DNA from: Candidatus Omnitrophota bacterium
Lineage (GTDB): Bacteria; Omnitrophota; Gorgyraeia; Zapsychrales; Fredricksoniimonadaceae
Assembly: GCA_015233335.1 (NCBI GenBank)
Contig: JADFXX010000003.1
Coordinates: 29,694-93,693, forward strand
Length of the DNA stretch: 64,000 nucleotides
Direction: 5' to 3'
Within the stretch, counting starts at the first letter, position 1, and every line of letters begins with the position of its first letter. Positions 47,965 to 58,443 of the stretch are shown here, in pieces. The notes below the pieces were generated by a model that searched no databases, was not told where the DNA came from, and saw nothing but the letters and a program-made list of their open reading frames with translations. Position numbers and translations under genes: made by a program.

Positions 47965-48855
47965 TTAAGCGTCCTTCCACGAAGCTTCCTTGAGCAAGTA
48001 TTCCATTACTTTACCACCTAAGGATTCATTTTGGTCAGCGGCAGTTATGTTTTCAAGCTTGGCGATTTCCTCTAAAATCAGATAAACCTTAACCTCACGC
48101 TCCACCAATGGTTCTAACTGTTTTCGCAGCTCCCCTTCTTTTGTTTTTAAGTCTTCTTCTTTTGAGCCCTGGTTTTTAAGACGCTGTAACGCATCATTTA
48201 AACGGTAATGCAGCTGACGCTTAACTAACGATTGAGGAACAATTAGTTTAGCATTTTTTAATAGATTTTCTACAATTTGATTTTCTATATCTAAACGGTT
48301 GTTGCGGTCTTTGTCAAAAGCCAACTGACGCTTCAACGCGGTTTTAAATTCTTCAAGGCTGGGGAACCCCATCCCCTTGGCAAAGGCATCGTCGATCGTG
48401 ACTGTTTCTTCACCACGGCCTTTTTTAAAGAATTCCAGGGTTTTTTGTATTTCTTCATCAGTTACATCGCTTTTTTTACGAATTACTTCCATTCCTTTAT
48501 ATTTGTTTATTTCAACTTGGGGGCGTATATCCAGAGTGGCCTTAAAAGTCAATATGCCGTCTTTAAGATCTACATCGGTGATCTCCGGCATATCGATGGG
48601 GTTTAACTGATGCTCCTCTAAGGCTTCATGATAGGCCTCGGGAATTATTTTTTTGATCGTTTCATCCTGAGCAAGCCGTCCATGGGTGGAAGCTAAAATA
48701 TGACGTGGAACATGGCCGGGGCGAAACCCTTTAACTTTAGCATGTTTTCCGATTTCTAGATAAACGGCGTCCATCGCTTGACTGACCCGTTCACGGGGGA
48801 TCTCAAACTTCATTTCATGTTTTAACGCGTCCATTTTTTTTACTTCAACTTTCAT
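47965..48855 (-). CDS. tig: Trigger factor, short form lacking the FKBP/PPIase domain
   Basis: 296 aa. N-terminal ribosome-binding domain with GFRPGHVP. The sequence passes from about residue 150 straight into a C-domain-like helical region. Conserved tig-clpP order. Confidence 0.8.
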   Translation of the reverse strand: MKVEVKKMDALKHEMKFEIPRERVSQAMDAVYLEIGKHAKVKGFRPGHVPRHILASTHGRLAQDETIKKIIPEAYHEALEEHQLNPIDMPEITDVDLKDGILTFKATLDIRPQVEINKYKGMEVIRKKSDVTDEEIQKTLEFFKKGRGEETVTIDDAFAKGMGFPSLEEFKTALKRQLAFDKDRNNRLDIENQIVENLLKNAKLIVPQSLVKRQLHYRLNDALQRLKNQGSKEEDLKTKEGELRKQLEPLVEREVKVYLILEEIAKLENITAADQNESLGGKVMEYLLKEASWKDA

Positions 48856-48873
48856 GCGGCTCCCTTTCTTTGT

Positions 48874-49596
48874 TTACATTGTAAATTTTTCACCGAGATA
48901 AATTTTTTTAGCCTTAGGGTCATTGATCAGATCCTGCGCTGTGCCTGAAATAAGCACACGCCCTTCAGCCACTAGATACGCGCGATCGGTGATGGAAAGT
49001 GTCTCACGTACATTGTGGTCAGTCAATAGAATTCCCAGCCCTTTTTTCTTTAAGTCCTTGATGATTTCCTGGGCTTCAGCGACTACGATCGGATCAATAC
49101 CGGAAAAAGGCTCATCGAGTAGTAGAAATGACGGGTTGGTCACCAAGGCCCGGGTTATTTCCAGCCTGCGTCTTTCTCCTCCAGAGAGCGTATATGCCTT
49201 AGATTTTGCTAAATGTGAAATGTTAAGCTCTTCGAGAAGGGATTCTAAGCGGCGTTTGCGCTCCGTGGGGCTTATGTTTAAAGTTTCTAGAATGGCCAAA
49301 ATATTCTCCGCAACGGTCAGTTTTCTAAAGATCGAGCTTTCCTGAGCTAAATATCCCATTCCCAAACGGCAACGCTCATGGATGGGTTTTTTAGTGATAT
49401 CGTCCTGGTCAAAGATAACCTGACCTTGATCGGGATTGATTATGCCCACCACCATATAAAAACTGGTTGTTTTGCCCGCACCATTAGGCCCTAAGAGACC
49501 AACAATCTCTGAGCGGCCGACCGTAATGCTTAGCCCGTCTACCACTCGACGGCCGCCGTAAATCTTGACCAAATTTTTTGCTTCCAATAAACGCAT
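48874..49596 (-). CDS. lptB: LPS export ABC transporter ATP-binding protein
   Basis: 240 aa. GPNGAGKTT, LSGGERRRLEI, LLLDEPFSGIDP. Follows the lptA-like gene. Confidence 0.92.
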   Translation of the reverse strand: MRLLEAKNLVKIYGGRRVVDGLSITVGRSEIVGLLGPNGAGKTTSFYMVVGIINPDQGQVIFDQDDITKKPIHERCRLGMGYLAQESSIFRKLTVAENILAILETLNISPTERKRRLESLLEELNISHLAKSKAYTLSGGERRRLEITRALVTNPSFLLLDEPFSGIDPIVVAEAQEIIKDLKKKGLGILLTDHNVRETLSITDRAYLVAEGRVLISGTAQDLINDPKAKKIYLGEKFTM

Positions 49597-49597
49597 A

Positions 49598-50455
49598 TTA
49601 TTTTCCTAAGGGCTGGAACATGCCGTTGCCTTTGGTACTGCCGGTATCAAAAACTATTTTAGGCCGGCCGATCATGGTCAATACCTGGGTATCTCCCATA
49701 TAGGTCATCTGATCCGCATAACTGACATTAGGGCCCTGAACCACTTTCACATTCCCGGTGCATACGGCTTTTTTGATATGTTTAGTCGCCTGGTCAAACC
49801 AAATTTCCATTTTATCGCAGTGAAGCTCCCTGCCTGTTGCTTGATCAACTGCTATGACATGGATATTGAATACGGCATACATTTTGACCTGGTCCATCTG
49901 CATGGGGCCATCCGAAGTTACCGTGACTATCTGGGAATTGGCCGGTTCCTGCGTGTCCGTTTTGACAACAGCTTTTACATCATGGTTGATTTGAGCTTTT
50001 TTTAAATTCGGGTGTGCGGATAATCCTTGCCCTGTAACGGTGCCTTGTTCATCCACAATTTTGACATGATCCTGGGTTGTGACCAAATCCTTATCGCGAT
50101 TCCAATTTAAAGTGTCTGTGGTCATCCGGGTGCCGCGATCAGCGGTAACCACAACATTGTCTTGCAGATGGACATTGCCATTGGTCTTATCAATAGTGCC
50201 GTGGTCTGCCTTTAAATTCGCATTTTCTTTACCGTAAAAATTAGCGTCTACATTTGTTATTTGAATATTCGCATCCGAGATATCGGCTTTTGAACCATTA
50301 ACATCCCAAGCCTTCTGGCCGGTATTGTTATAACCGTTAAGATTAAACCCCTGCAGCTGCTGTGCTGAAGGAGTGGTTTCAGTTGTTTCATCTGCACGAC
50401 ACACGAAAGAAGAGCACGAAACAATCAGAAAGCAAAGAAAAATTTTAATGTTCAT
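49598..50455 (-). CDS. OstA/LptA-family LPS transport protein, apparently a fused LptC-like + LptA-like protein
   Basis: 285 aa, compared with about 185 for LptA. Signal/lipobox LIVSCSS. Two successive OstA-like beta-jellyroll-type segments (…GNVHLQDNVVV… and …TGNVKVVQG…). It occupies the lptC-lptA slot between kdsC and lptB. Confidence 0.6.
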   Translation of the reverse strand: MNIKIFLCFLIVSCSSFVCRADETTETTPSAQQLQGFNLNGYNNTGQKAWDVNGSKADISDANIQITNVDANFYGKENANLKADHGTIDKTNGNVHLQDNVVVTADRGTRMTTDTLNWNRDKDLVTTQDHVKIVDEQGTVTGQGLSAHPNLKKAQINHDVKAVVKTDTQEPANSQIVTVTSDGPMQMDQVKMYAVFNIHVIAVDQATGRELHCDKMEIWFDQATKHIKKAVCTGNVKVVQGPNVSYADQMTYMGDTQVLTMIGRPKIVFDTGSTKGNGMFQPLGK

Positions 50456-50963
50456 AAAGTCGGGGGCCCCAATGTCCCTGTGCTTTTAAAATCAATTCAA
50501 CAATTTCTCTGACAGCTCCATGGCCGCCTTTTTTGACGGTTACATAATCCGCGATCTCCTTAACCTCGAAGACCGCGTTGGCAGGCGCCACACTCACTGC
50601 ACATCGGCGCATAACCGCCAAATCTGTTAGGTCGTCGCCAATAAAACATACTTGGGCATCTTGCGCGTTGAACTCTTTTAACATATTCTCATAAGCGCTG
50701 AGCTTAGGATTTACACCTACATAAATTTTGTCGATCATTAAATCTTTGGCACGGTATTCTACCACACCAGACTTTCGTGCCGAGATGATCGCCGTCTTGA
50801 TCCCGCATTTTTGTAAGAATACTATCCCTAAACCATCCTGTACGTCGAAATTCTTACTTTCAATCCCATTGCTGTCAACGATAATACGTCCATCGGTCAG
50901 CACACCATCCACGTCCATTGCGACCACTGTAATTTTTTTTAACGCATCATTGATTTTTAGCAT
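50445..50963 (-). CDS. kdsC: 3-deoxy-D-manno-octulosonate 8-phosphate phosphatase
   Basis: 172 aa HAD. VAMDVDGVLTDG and FIGDDLTDL. Confidence 0.85.
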   Translation of the reverse strand: MLKINDALKKITVVAMDVDGVLTDGRIIVDSNGIESKNFDVQDGLGIVFLQKCGIKTAIISARKSGVVEYRAKDLMIDKIYVGVNPKLSAYENMLKEFNAQDAQVCFIGDDLTDLAVMRRCAVSVAPANAVFEVKEIADYVTVKKGGHGAVREIVELILKAQGHWGPRLYEH

Positions 50964-51946
50964 CAGACAAGTCCAGCCTTAAGAAGGTCTTGCACGTCTA
51001 AAAGTCCTACCACACGGCCGTTCTTGTCGATCACCGGCAACTCATCGATCTTTTTAGTTTTCAGAATATCAAAGGCTTGGGCCGCTAATTGATCACGGTT
51101 GATGGCGGAAGGTTTATGGGTCATGACTTCAGAGATTTTTTTGTCCAAAACAGACGGATCCCCTTCCAAATGCCGGCGTAAATCCCCATCTGTAAAAATA
51201 CCTAAAAGTTTATGTCGGCCATCGACCACACAGGCACAACCGCAGCGCGTTTTGGTGATGGCCCATAACACATCCTTGACCCGGGCGGTGGCCTTGACCT
51301 TTGCGAAGGTGCCTTCGGTACGCATGATGTCTTCTACCTTTAATAAAAGACGCCGTCCCAAACTGCCCGCGGGATGATATAAAGCAAAGTCTTCTTTCCG
51401 GAATTTTTTACGATCGATAAGGCAGGCAGCCAAAGCATCTCCTAAGGCCAGGGCCGTTGTTGTTGAGGCCATGGGAGCTAACCCCAAAGGACAACCCTCA
51501 TGCTCGACTGCAATATTCAATATCAGATCCGCATGACGGGCTAAGGTAGATTTAGGATTCCCTGTCATGACAATAATTTTAGCACCTATTTTTCTGACCA
51601 AAGGCAGTAGACGGACAGTTTCCTCGGTCTCACCGCTTTGAGAGATTAAGATGACGATATCCCGGGATGTCACCTGGCCAAGATCTCCGTGCACCGCTTC
51701 AGCGCTGTGTAAAAAAATACTGGGAGAGCCGGTTGAGGACAGGGTCGCCGCTATTTTCCGGGCTACAATGCCTGTTTTACCCATGCCGCAGATGATCACG
51801 CGGCCTTCGCATTTAGCAATTTCTTCTACGCTCGCCTCAAAATGATGGTCTAGACGCAGCATCATCTGAGTGATTGCTCGGGCCTCAATAGTTAAAACTT
51901 CCTTTGCACGTTTAAGCATAGAAATTTTTACCTGCAACTTGGTCAA
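50963..51946 (-). CDS. kdsD: Arabinose-5-phosphate isomerase (SIS + tandem CBS)
   Basis: 327 aa. CGMGKTG, ISQSGETEE, CBS pair at the C-terminus. Confidence 0.9.
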   Translation of the reverse strand: MTKLQVKISMLKRAKEVLTIEARAITQMMLRLDHHFEASVEEIAKCEGRVIICGMGKTGIVARKIAATLSSTGSPSIFLHSAEAVHGDLGQVTSRDIVILISQSGETEETVRLLPLVRKIGAKIIVMTGNPKSTLARHADLILNIAVEHEGCPLGLAPMASTTTALALGDALAACLIDRKKFRKEDFALYHPAGSLGRRLLLKVEDIMRTEGTFAKVKATARVKDVLWAITKTRCGCACVVDGRHKLLGIFTDGDLRRHLEGDPSVLDKKISEVMTHKPSAINRDQLAAQAFDILKTKKIDELPVIDKNGRVVGLLDVQDLLKAGLV

Positions 51947-52748
51947 TGGCTATTAAACTTTTTAATAAATTCTCTAATTTTTTTAAAGGCAGCGCATTGG
52001 GACCATCAGACAGGGCCCTTTTAGGATTAGGATGAGTTTCAAGAAATATAGCATCAACCCCTGCCGCAACCGCACACCGTGCCAAAAGCGGTATATATTG
52101 ACTTTCCCCACCGGAAGAAAGCCCAAGACCACCCGGTTTTTGCACGCTGTGAGTGGCGTCAAACACTACCGGGTAACCAAAAGTACGCATGATCGCCAAA
52201 GCACGAAAATCGGACACCAGATTATTATAACCAAAAGATACACCTCTTTCGGTCAACAGCAGTTTATGACTGCCGGCCTCCTGCATTTTTTTTATGATGC
52301 CTTCGATATCCCAAGGAGCCATGAACTGACCCTTTTTGACATTTACCGTTTTTCCTGTCTTTGCGGCAGCAACAATTAAATCTGTTTGACGGCATAAAAA
52401 TGCCGGAATTTGAATGATATCTAAGATCTCTCCTGCAGGTTTGATCTGATTAATATCATGGACATCGGATAAAATCGGTACTCCCAGCTTAGATTTGACG
52501 CTTGAGAGAATTTTCAATCCTTCCTCAAGGCCGGGACCGCGAAAAGAATGTATGGAGGTGCGGTTGGCTTTGTCAAAACTCGCTTTAAAAACAAAAGGGA
52601 TTTTAAGTCGAATAGTGATTTTTTGGATTGCCTCAGCGATTTTCAGCGTACCGGCGGCTGATTCGATTACACAAGGGCCGGCAATGAGCGCTAATGACTT
52701 ATTAGCTCCGATCGTCACTTTGTCATTAATTTTAATTGATCGTACCAT
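51912..52748 (-). CDS. kdsA: 2-dehydro-3-deoxyphosphooctonate aldolase (Kdo8P synthase)
   Basis: 278 aa. AGPCVIES, FKASFDKANR, QIPAFLCRQTDL, FDATHSVQ. Confidence 0.93.
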   Translation of the reverse strand: MVRSIKINDKVTIGANKSLALIAGPCVIESAAGTLKIAEAIQKITIRLKIPFVFKASFDKANRTSIHSFRGPGLEEGLKILSSVKSKLGVPILSDVHDINQIKPAGEILDIIQIPAFLCRQTDLIVAAAKTGKTVNVKKGQFMAPWDIEGIIKKMQEAGSHKLLLTERGVSFGYNNLVSDFRALAIMRTFGYPVVFDATHSVQKPGGLGLSSGGESQYIPLLARCAVAAGVDAIFLETHPNPKRALSDGPNALPLKKLENLLKSLIAIDQVAGKNFYA

Positions 52749-53461
52749 GTTTGTGCTTTCTGTAAATCTTGCGGAGTATCAACGGCGATTGATTCATAAT
52801 CCGTCAATGTTGTTTTAATTTTATATCCATGTTCCAAAACTCTCAACTGCTCCAATTCTTCCGCAGACTCCAAAATCCCCTTAGGCCAGAGTGTAAAGCG
52901 CGTTAAAAATTCTTTTCGGTACGCATAAAGACCTAAATGTTTGTAGCGCTTCATTTGACCCTGAGATTGAGCACGAAAAAAGGGAATAGCCGCCCGGGAA
53001 AAATACAAAGCATGCCCTTGAGCATCGACAACACATTTGACCACATTCGGGTTCTGGGCATCCGACTCGCTGGTAATTTCTTTGATCACCGTCCCCATAG
53101 GGACATCAGGATCCTCTTTTAAAAGAACAGCCAACGCATCAATAGTCCTGGGATCAATAAATGGTTCATCCCCTTGGATGTTGACTACAATGTTAACGTC
53201 TAAGTTCCTCACCGCTTCTGCAATACGATCAGATCCGGAAATATGATGAGGATCTGTCATAACCACCTGTGCTTTGAAATTATGGGCCGCTTTAAAAACT
53301 TCCTGATGGTCACAGGCAATAAGAATGTTGTCTAATTCTTTACATAAACAGGCTTTTTCCCACACATGCTGAATTAATGGTTTACCGTCAATTTCCGCCA
53401 ATATTTTTGCGGGAAAACGGGTGGATGCAAAGCGCGCCGGAATGACCCCTATGGTTTTCAT
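52715..53461 (-). CDS. kdsB: 3-deoxy-manno-octulosonate cytidylyltransferase
   Basis: 248 aa. IPARFASTRFPAKIL, VNIQGDEPF, LEQLRVLE. Confidence 0.92.
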   Translation of the reverse strand: MKTIGVIPARFASTRFPAKILAEIDGKPLIQHVWEKACLCKELDNILIACDHQEVFKAAHNFKAQVVMTDPHHISGSDRIAEAVRNLDVNIVVNIQGDEPFIDPRTIDALAVLLKEDPDVPMGTVIKEITSESDAQNPNVVKCVVDAQGHALYFSRAAIPFFRAQSQGQMKRYKHLGLYAYRKEFLTRFTLWPKGILESAEELEQLRVLEHGYKIKTTLTDYESIAVDTPQDLQKAQTWYDQLKLMTK

Positions 53462-54483
53462 TGATGGGCTCCGATCGCAGCCGTTAATTCGTTTAGGTCA
53501 ACTGCCACCGCACCCATTTTGGCAACGACAATACCAGCCGCGTAATTGGCGATTTGGGCAGCCTGACGTTTATCTGCTCCCGCTGCAATACATAAAGCAA
53601 ATACAGAAATGACTGTGTCTCCCGCACCCGAGACATCAAAAACCTGCCTTGCCTTAGTCGGTATAGGAAATGGTTTTTTATTGTGCTCAAATAAATACAT
53701 GCCGTGTTCCCCGAGCGTAATTAAAAGTGATTCAATCCCTAGATATTTTAATAGCCCGCAGCCATTATTTTCAATCTCTTCCTTGGCCTCTAATTTGGTG
53801 GAACGTATGCCAAAAGCCCGACGGGTTTCGTCCGGGATAATTTTAAGAATACTTTCAGCCTCTTTTTTATTAGGCGTGATGCAGGTCACTTGACCATATT
53901 CACGTAAATCCTCTAATTTTGGATCCACCACAACCGGTAATTTATTTTTCAGGGCCAATTCATGCACCAGACTCATAAGGCTTGGATCAATGACTCCTTT
54001 AGCGTAATCAGAGATAATGACAGTGTCAAAATCTTTCATGTTACGACGCAGGAACGGTAATATTTTATCTTCTTTGACATGGTCAAAACTTTCAGAAGCT
54101 TTTTTTTCTCTATCGAGACGTACAATCTGCTGATGCTGTGCAATGATACGAGTTTTGAAAATTGTATCTATAGCCCCATCTATGAAAACACCATTGGTAT
54201 GGACATGGCGTTTATGAAGTTCACGCTTGAGAATGCCTCCTTCGATATCGTCACCGATTTTTCCAACCAAGGTGACATTCGCACCTAAACTGGTCAAATT
54301 ATTAGCCACATTAGCGGCTCCGCCGGGCGTATAAAAAGATTCTTCTTGAAGGACGACCGGTACCGGGGCCTCCGGAGAGATCCTGGAAACATTGCCTTTG
54401 ATATACTGGTCAAGAACCAGGTCTCCGATGACCAGAAGACGTTTGTTTTTGAAATGTTTCAATATATTAATATATTTAGACAT
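53458..54483 (-). CDS. hldA: D-glycero-beta-D-manno-heptose-7-phosphate kinase (RfaE domain I only)
   Basis: PfkB-family kinase. VIGDLVLDQY, GGAANVANN, DVSGAGDTV. ATG at 54483 preferred over the ORF-track GTG at 54501, but neither has a clear SD. Confidence 0.72.
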   Translation of the reverse strand: MSKYINILKHFKNKRLLVIGDLVLDQYIKGNVSRISPEAPVPVVLQEESFYTPGGAANVANNLTSLGANVTLVGKIGDDIEGGILKRELHKRHVHTNGVFIDGAIDTIFKTRIIAQHQQIVRLDREKKASESFDHVKEDKILPFLRRNMKDFDTVIISDYAKGVIDPSLMSLVHELALKNKLPVVVDPKLEDLREYGQVTCITPNKKEAESILKIIPDETRRAFGIRSTKLEAKEEIENNGCGLLKYLGIESLLITLGEHGMYLFEHNKKPFPIPTKARQVFDVSGAGDTVISVFALCIAAGADKRQAAQIANYAAGIVVAKMGAVAVDLNELTAAIGAHQ

Positions 54484-54530
54484 AAGTCGGCATATTAACA
54501 CAGTTTATAAATGGAGTCAATGACGAGTCG

Positions 54531-55283
54531 CTAAGGGATACTGGCTTGACGGTATTCTTTGTTCATGAAGGCAATATGGCTCACGCTGATCTGTTTCGGA
54601 CAGGCGGCTTCACATTCGTAGGAGTTTGAACAGTTTCCAAAACCCTCATGGTCCATTTGATGGACCATATGAAGTACCCTCGTTTTTTTCTCCGGGGCCC
54701 CTTGGGCCAAAAGATTTAAGTGTGAAACTTTTGACCCCACAAAGAGCATAGCAGAACCGTTAGGGCAAGCCGCTACACAGGCCCCACAGCCGATGCATTG
54801 AGCAGCATCCATAGCATTATCTGCAGCTTCTTTTGGTACCGGGATGGCATGAGCCTCCGGGGCTTGACCGGTTTTAACAGAAATAAATCCGCCTGCCACC
54901 ATAACACGGTCAAAGGATGAGCGTTCAACGGAAAGGTCCTTATTGATAGGAAAGGCTTTGGCCCGCCAGGGTTCAACAACCAAGGTTTGACCATCTTTGA
55001 AGTGGCGCATATGCAATTGGCAAAGTGTAGTGCCCCTGAGTGGGCCATGCGGTTGTCCGTTAACAACCGCCCCGCAGGAGCCGCAGATGCCTTCACGGCA
55101 GTCATGATCAAAAGTGATAGGGTCACGACCCTCATGGGTCAGCATTTCATTGACAAAATCCAGCATTTCTAAGAATGACATGGCCGTATCAATTTCCCGG
55201 GCTTGGTAGGTCTCGAAGGCCCCAGGGGTTTTGCAATTCTTTTGACGCCATACTTTAAGGGTTAAATTAATTTTTTTCGACAT
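54531..55283 (-). CDS. sdhB: Succinate dehydrogenase/fumarate reductase iron-sulfur subunit
   Basis: 250 aa. [34 protein letters not shown] clusters. Confidence 0.9.
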   Translation of the reverse strand: MSKKINLTLKVWRQKNCKTPGAFETYQAREIDTAMSFLEMLDFVNEMLTHEGRDPITFDHDCREGICGSCGAVVNGQPHGPLRGTTLCQLHMRHFKDGQTLVVEPWRAKAFPINKDLSVERSSFDRVMVAGGFISVKTGQAPEAHAIPVPKEAADNAMDAAQCIGCGACVAACPNGSAMLFVGSKVSHLNLLAQGAPEKKTRVLHMVHQMDHEGFGNCSNSYECEAACPKQISVSHIAFMNKEYRQASIP

Positions 55284-55293
55284 TACGTTAGAA

Positions 55294-57210
55294 TCACTTA
55301 TAATTTCTTTGTGCTAAATGGGTTTCTTCAAATTTTAATTCTTCTTTATGCAAGGTTGGGGATTGCCCCAAACTGTTAAACTGCCACGCGGCGACATAGG
55401 AAAACAGGTCATCTCGGCGCAAAGCCTCACCTTCAGGCGTTTGGAATTCCTCTCTAAAATGGCCTCCGCAGGATTCCTGACGGTGGAGTGCATCAAAGCA
55501 TAACAATTCACTGAATTCTAAGAAGTCAGCCACCCTCCCTGCCCTTTCTAAAGCTTGGTTGAAGTCATCGTTGCTTCCTAAGACACAGACATCTTTCCAA
55601 AACCGTTCACGGATTTCAGGGATCTTATTTAAAGCTTCTTTTAAACCTTTTTCATTGCGGGCCATGCCGCATTTATTCCATAACAAATGCCCCAATTCAC
55701 GATGAAACTCATCGACGGTGGTTTTGCCCTTAACAGATAACAATCTTTTAATTTTATCAGAAACCTGTATTTCGGCATCTTTAAATTCACTGCGATGGAT
55801 TATTTCTTCGCCAGCGGGTTTGACCCCCGCCAGATAATTAGCCATTGTGTAAGGCAGAACAAAATATCCGTCAGCCAAGCCCTGCATCAAGGCGGAGGCC
55901 CCCAAACGGTTAGCGCCATGGTCAGAAAAATTAGCTTCCCCGATAACAAAAAGCCCGGGCAAATTACTCATCAAATTATAATCTACCCATAAGCCGCCCA
56001 TGGTGTAGTGCGCCGCAGGATAGATCATCATGGGGGTTTGATAAGGATCTTCACCTGTTATTTTAGCATACATATCAAGTAAATTGCCGTAACGGTCTTT
56101 GATAACTTGTTTACCTAATTGCGCGATCGATTCTTTTAAATCTAAATAGACTGCCATTCCTGTATCGCCTACTCCATGATGCGTATCACATTGCTCTTTG
56201 GCATTGCGTGAGGCAATATCTCGCGGTACCAAATTGCCGAAAGCCGGATATTTACGTTCGAGAAAATAATCACGTTCTTGCAAAGGGATTTCATTGGGGA
56301 GCCTCGTGTCTTTAATTTTTTTGGGCACCCACACCCTGCCGTCATTTCGTAAAGATTCACTCATCAAGGTCAGCTTGGATTGATAGTTACCGTGGAGGGG
56401 AATGCAGGTCGGATGAATTTGGGTATAACAGGGGTTCGCAAAAAAAGCGCCTTTTTTATGCGCTCGCCAGGTAGCTGTGACGTTACATCCCTTGGCATTA
56501 GTGGAAAGATAAAAAACATTACCATAACCGCCGGTTGCCAAAACCACAGCGTCAGCAGAATAAGACTCTATTTTTCCTGAGAGCAGATTGCGCACCACAA
56601 TACCGCGGGCGATACCGTCGATGACAACCAGGTCAAGCATTTCGGTACGGGGGTGTAAGAAAACATTATTCTTAGCAACTTCTTTCATCAAAGCCTGATA
56701 GGCACCCAATAAAAGCTGTTGGCCGGTCTGGCCTCTGGCATAAAAGGTGCGGGACACTTGGGCTCCACCGAAGGAACGGTTATCCAGATAACCGCTATAC
56801 TCACGGGCAAAAGGGACGCCTTGGGCTACACACTGATCGATGATATTATTACTGACCTCTGCCAGACGGTAAACGTTAGCTTCACGCGAACGAAAATCCC
56901 CGCCTTTGATAGTGTCATAAAACAGGCGACGGACACTATCCCCGTCATTGGGATAATTTTTAGCGGCATTAATTCCGCCTTGAGCGGCAATAGAATGTGC
57001 CCGGCGTGCCGAGTCTTGAAAGCAAAAAGATTCAACCTGATAGCCCATTTCAGCCAAGGAAGCGGCTGATGAAGCTCCGGCTAATCCTGTGCCTACTACA
57101 ATAATCTTGTATTTACGCCGGTTAGAGGGATTGACCAATTTGTTGTTAAACTTGTGCGAGGTCCACTTGTCCTGCAGCAAGCCAGATGGAATTTTGGAGT
57201 CTAGTGTCAT
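55294..57210 (-). CDS. sdhA: Succinate dehydrogenase/fumarate reductase flavoprotein subunit (type B, Bacillus/Wolinella-like)
   Basis: 638 aa. [25 protein letters not shown] (FAD His), [14 protein letters not shown]. Confidence 0.93.
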   Translation of the reverse strand: MTLDSKIPSGLLQDKWTSHKFNNKLVNPSNRRKYKIIVVGTGLAGASSAASLAEMGYQVESFCFQDSARRAHSIAAQGGINAAKNYPNDGDSVRRLFYDTIKGGDFRSREANVYRLAEVSNNIIDQCVAQGVPFAREYSGYLDNRSFGGAQVSRTFYARGQTGQQLLLGAYQALMKEVAKNNVFLHPRTEMLDLVVIDGIARGIVVRNLLSGKIESYSADAVVLATGGYGNVFYLSTNAKGCNVTATWRAHKKGAFFANPCYTQIHPTCIPLHGNYQSKLTLMSESLRNDGRVWVPKKIKDTRLPNEIPLQERDYFLERKYPAFGNLVPRDIASRNAKEQCDTHHGVGDTGMAVYLDLKESIAQLGKQVIKDRYGNLLDMYAKITGEDPYQTPMMIYPAAHYTMGGLWVDYNLMSNLPGLFVIGEANFSDHGANRLGASALMQGLADGYFVLPYTMANYLAGVKPAGEEIIHRSEFKDAEIQVSDKIKRLLSVKGKTTVDEFHRELGHLLWNKCGMARNEKGLKEALNKIPEIRERFWKDVCVLGSNDDFNQALERAGRVADFLEFSELLCFDALHRQESCGGHFREEFQTPEGEALRRDDLFSYVAAWQFNSLGQSPTLHKEELKFEETHLAQRNYK

Positions 57211-57869
57211 GGGCGGCTCAAAATATAAACATAGATTGGAATAGAACTAAAACCAAGGATCATCAGTAAAGCAAAATAGTCGCTGATCATTTTAATGACA
57301 GACGCCCATTTAGGGCGAAAACCGCTGGTTTGCACCAAGCTTTGAACACCATGACATAGGTGTAATCCCAAAAAACATATAAAAAAGATGTAAAGAAGAT
57401 CGTAGACCGGGTCTTTAAATGAATTAAACACTATGCCGTATAGTCCATAACTTCGACCGTGCAGGAAACTGCGCACCCCATGCTGATTGGCGAAGGCAAA
57501 GTCGATAATATGAAAAATCACGAATACAAAAATGTAAAGACCGCTATAGGGCATAATGGATTCGGCCATAGAACGGTTTCCAACCGATTTTTGCATACTG
57601 TAGCGTTTATGACCGCCCCGGGCTTTGATATTCTCAATAACGACAAGACAAGTAAATGTGATGTGAATTACAAAAATAATAAAAAGCAGCGTACGCGGCA
57701 GCAACAAGAGAGGCCCTACGCTATGTAATTTATGCGCATAAGAATTAAAAACTCCGGGGCCGGCATAAATAAATAAATTGCCCCCTAAATGAGTAAATAT
57801 AAAAAAGATTAGTAAAAGACCGGTGAAGGCAACTACTTGTTTTTTAAATATGGAGGAGTTTGAAAACAC
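57207..57869 (-). CDS. sdhC: Succinate dehydrogenase cytochrome b558 subunit (5-TM type)
   Basis: 220 aa with five hydrophobic helices and conserved His ([25 protein letters not shown]). GTG start. Overlaps sdhA by 4 nt. Confidence 0.75.
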   Translation of the reverse strand: MFSNSSIFKKQVVAFTGLLLIFFIFTHLGGNLFIYAGPGVFNSYAHKLHSVGPLLLLPRTLLFIIFVIHITFTCLVVIENIKARGGHKRYSMQKSVGNRSMAESIMPYSGLYIFVFVIFHIIDFAFANQHGVRSFLHGRSYGLYGIVFNSFKDPVYDLLYIFFICFLGLHLCHGVQSLVQTSGFRPKWASVIKMISDYFALLMILGFSSIPIYVYILSRP

Positions 57870-57921
57870 AGTGTCATTATAATAAAATTTCTAATAATCC
57901 CAAGCTAAATTTTAAGACTTC

Positions 57922-58443
57922 CTATGGAGATGATTTTTGATAGATGCCGACCAATTTAGTCTCGCTTATGATATGGCCCTTTATGGCGCGTTCAACCTCA
58001 TTAAGAGTGGGGCCTTCATTGATGATCAAAAAAGTATTAAGGGCAAAGAGACGGAAAATGTAGTGATGCGGACGTTCATTCGGCGGGCATGGACCGCCAT
58101 AGGCATATTTCCCAAAATCATTAAGACCTTCGGTGCCGGGATTGGTATTTTTTATGATGTCTGTCATGTTGGGAGAAATATTATAAACGACCCAATGAGA
58201 CCATGTCCCCTCAGGAGCATCCGGGTCAGAAACGGTCAATACCAGGCTTTTGGCCGCAGATGGAACATTTTTAAATGTCAGGGGCGGATTAACATCTCCC
58301 CCTTCGCAGGTGTACTGTTTGGGAATATCGCCATTGTTGCTAAATGACGGCGAAATGAGTTGAAAATTGTTCCCCTGTGCAGAACTCGGGGTTGCTAATG
58401 CAGGTAGTAAAAGCCCGATAAAAATGCATGCGAAAGGTTTCAT
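57922..58443 (-). CDS. YbhB/YbcL-family PEBP (Raf kinase inhibitor-like) protein, secreted
   Basis: 173 aa. Signal peptide, VLTVSDPDAP…WSHWVVYNI…GGPCPP…HHYIFRLFAL. Confidence 0.8.
   Translation of the reverse strand: MKPFACIFIGLLLPALATPSSAQGNNFQLISPSFSNNGDIPKQYTCEGGDVNPPLTFKNVPSAAKSLVLTVSDPDAPEGTWSHWVVYNISPNMTDIIKNTNPGTEGLNDFGKYAYGGPCPPNERPHHYIFRLFALNTFLIINEGPTLNEVERAIKGHIISETKLVGIYQKSSP

Noticed and set aside
57867-57900. Possible leaderless transcripts: TATAAT-GACACT-GTG at sdhC and TTGACT-N16-TAAGAT-N8-ATG at the sulfite reductase gene (62308-62346). Both lack an SD.
   Set aside because: Promoter hexamers are easy to find in AT-rich DNA. A GTG start is poor for leaderless translation. 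Without TSS data this is too weak.
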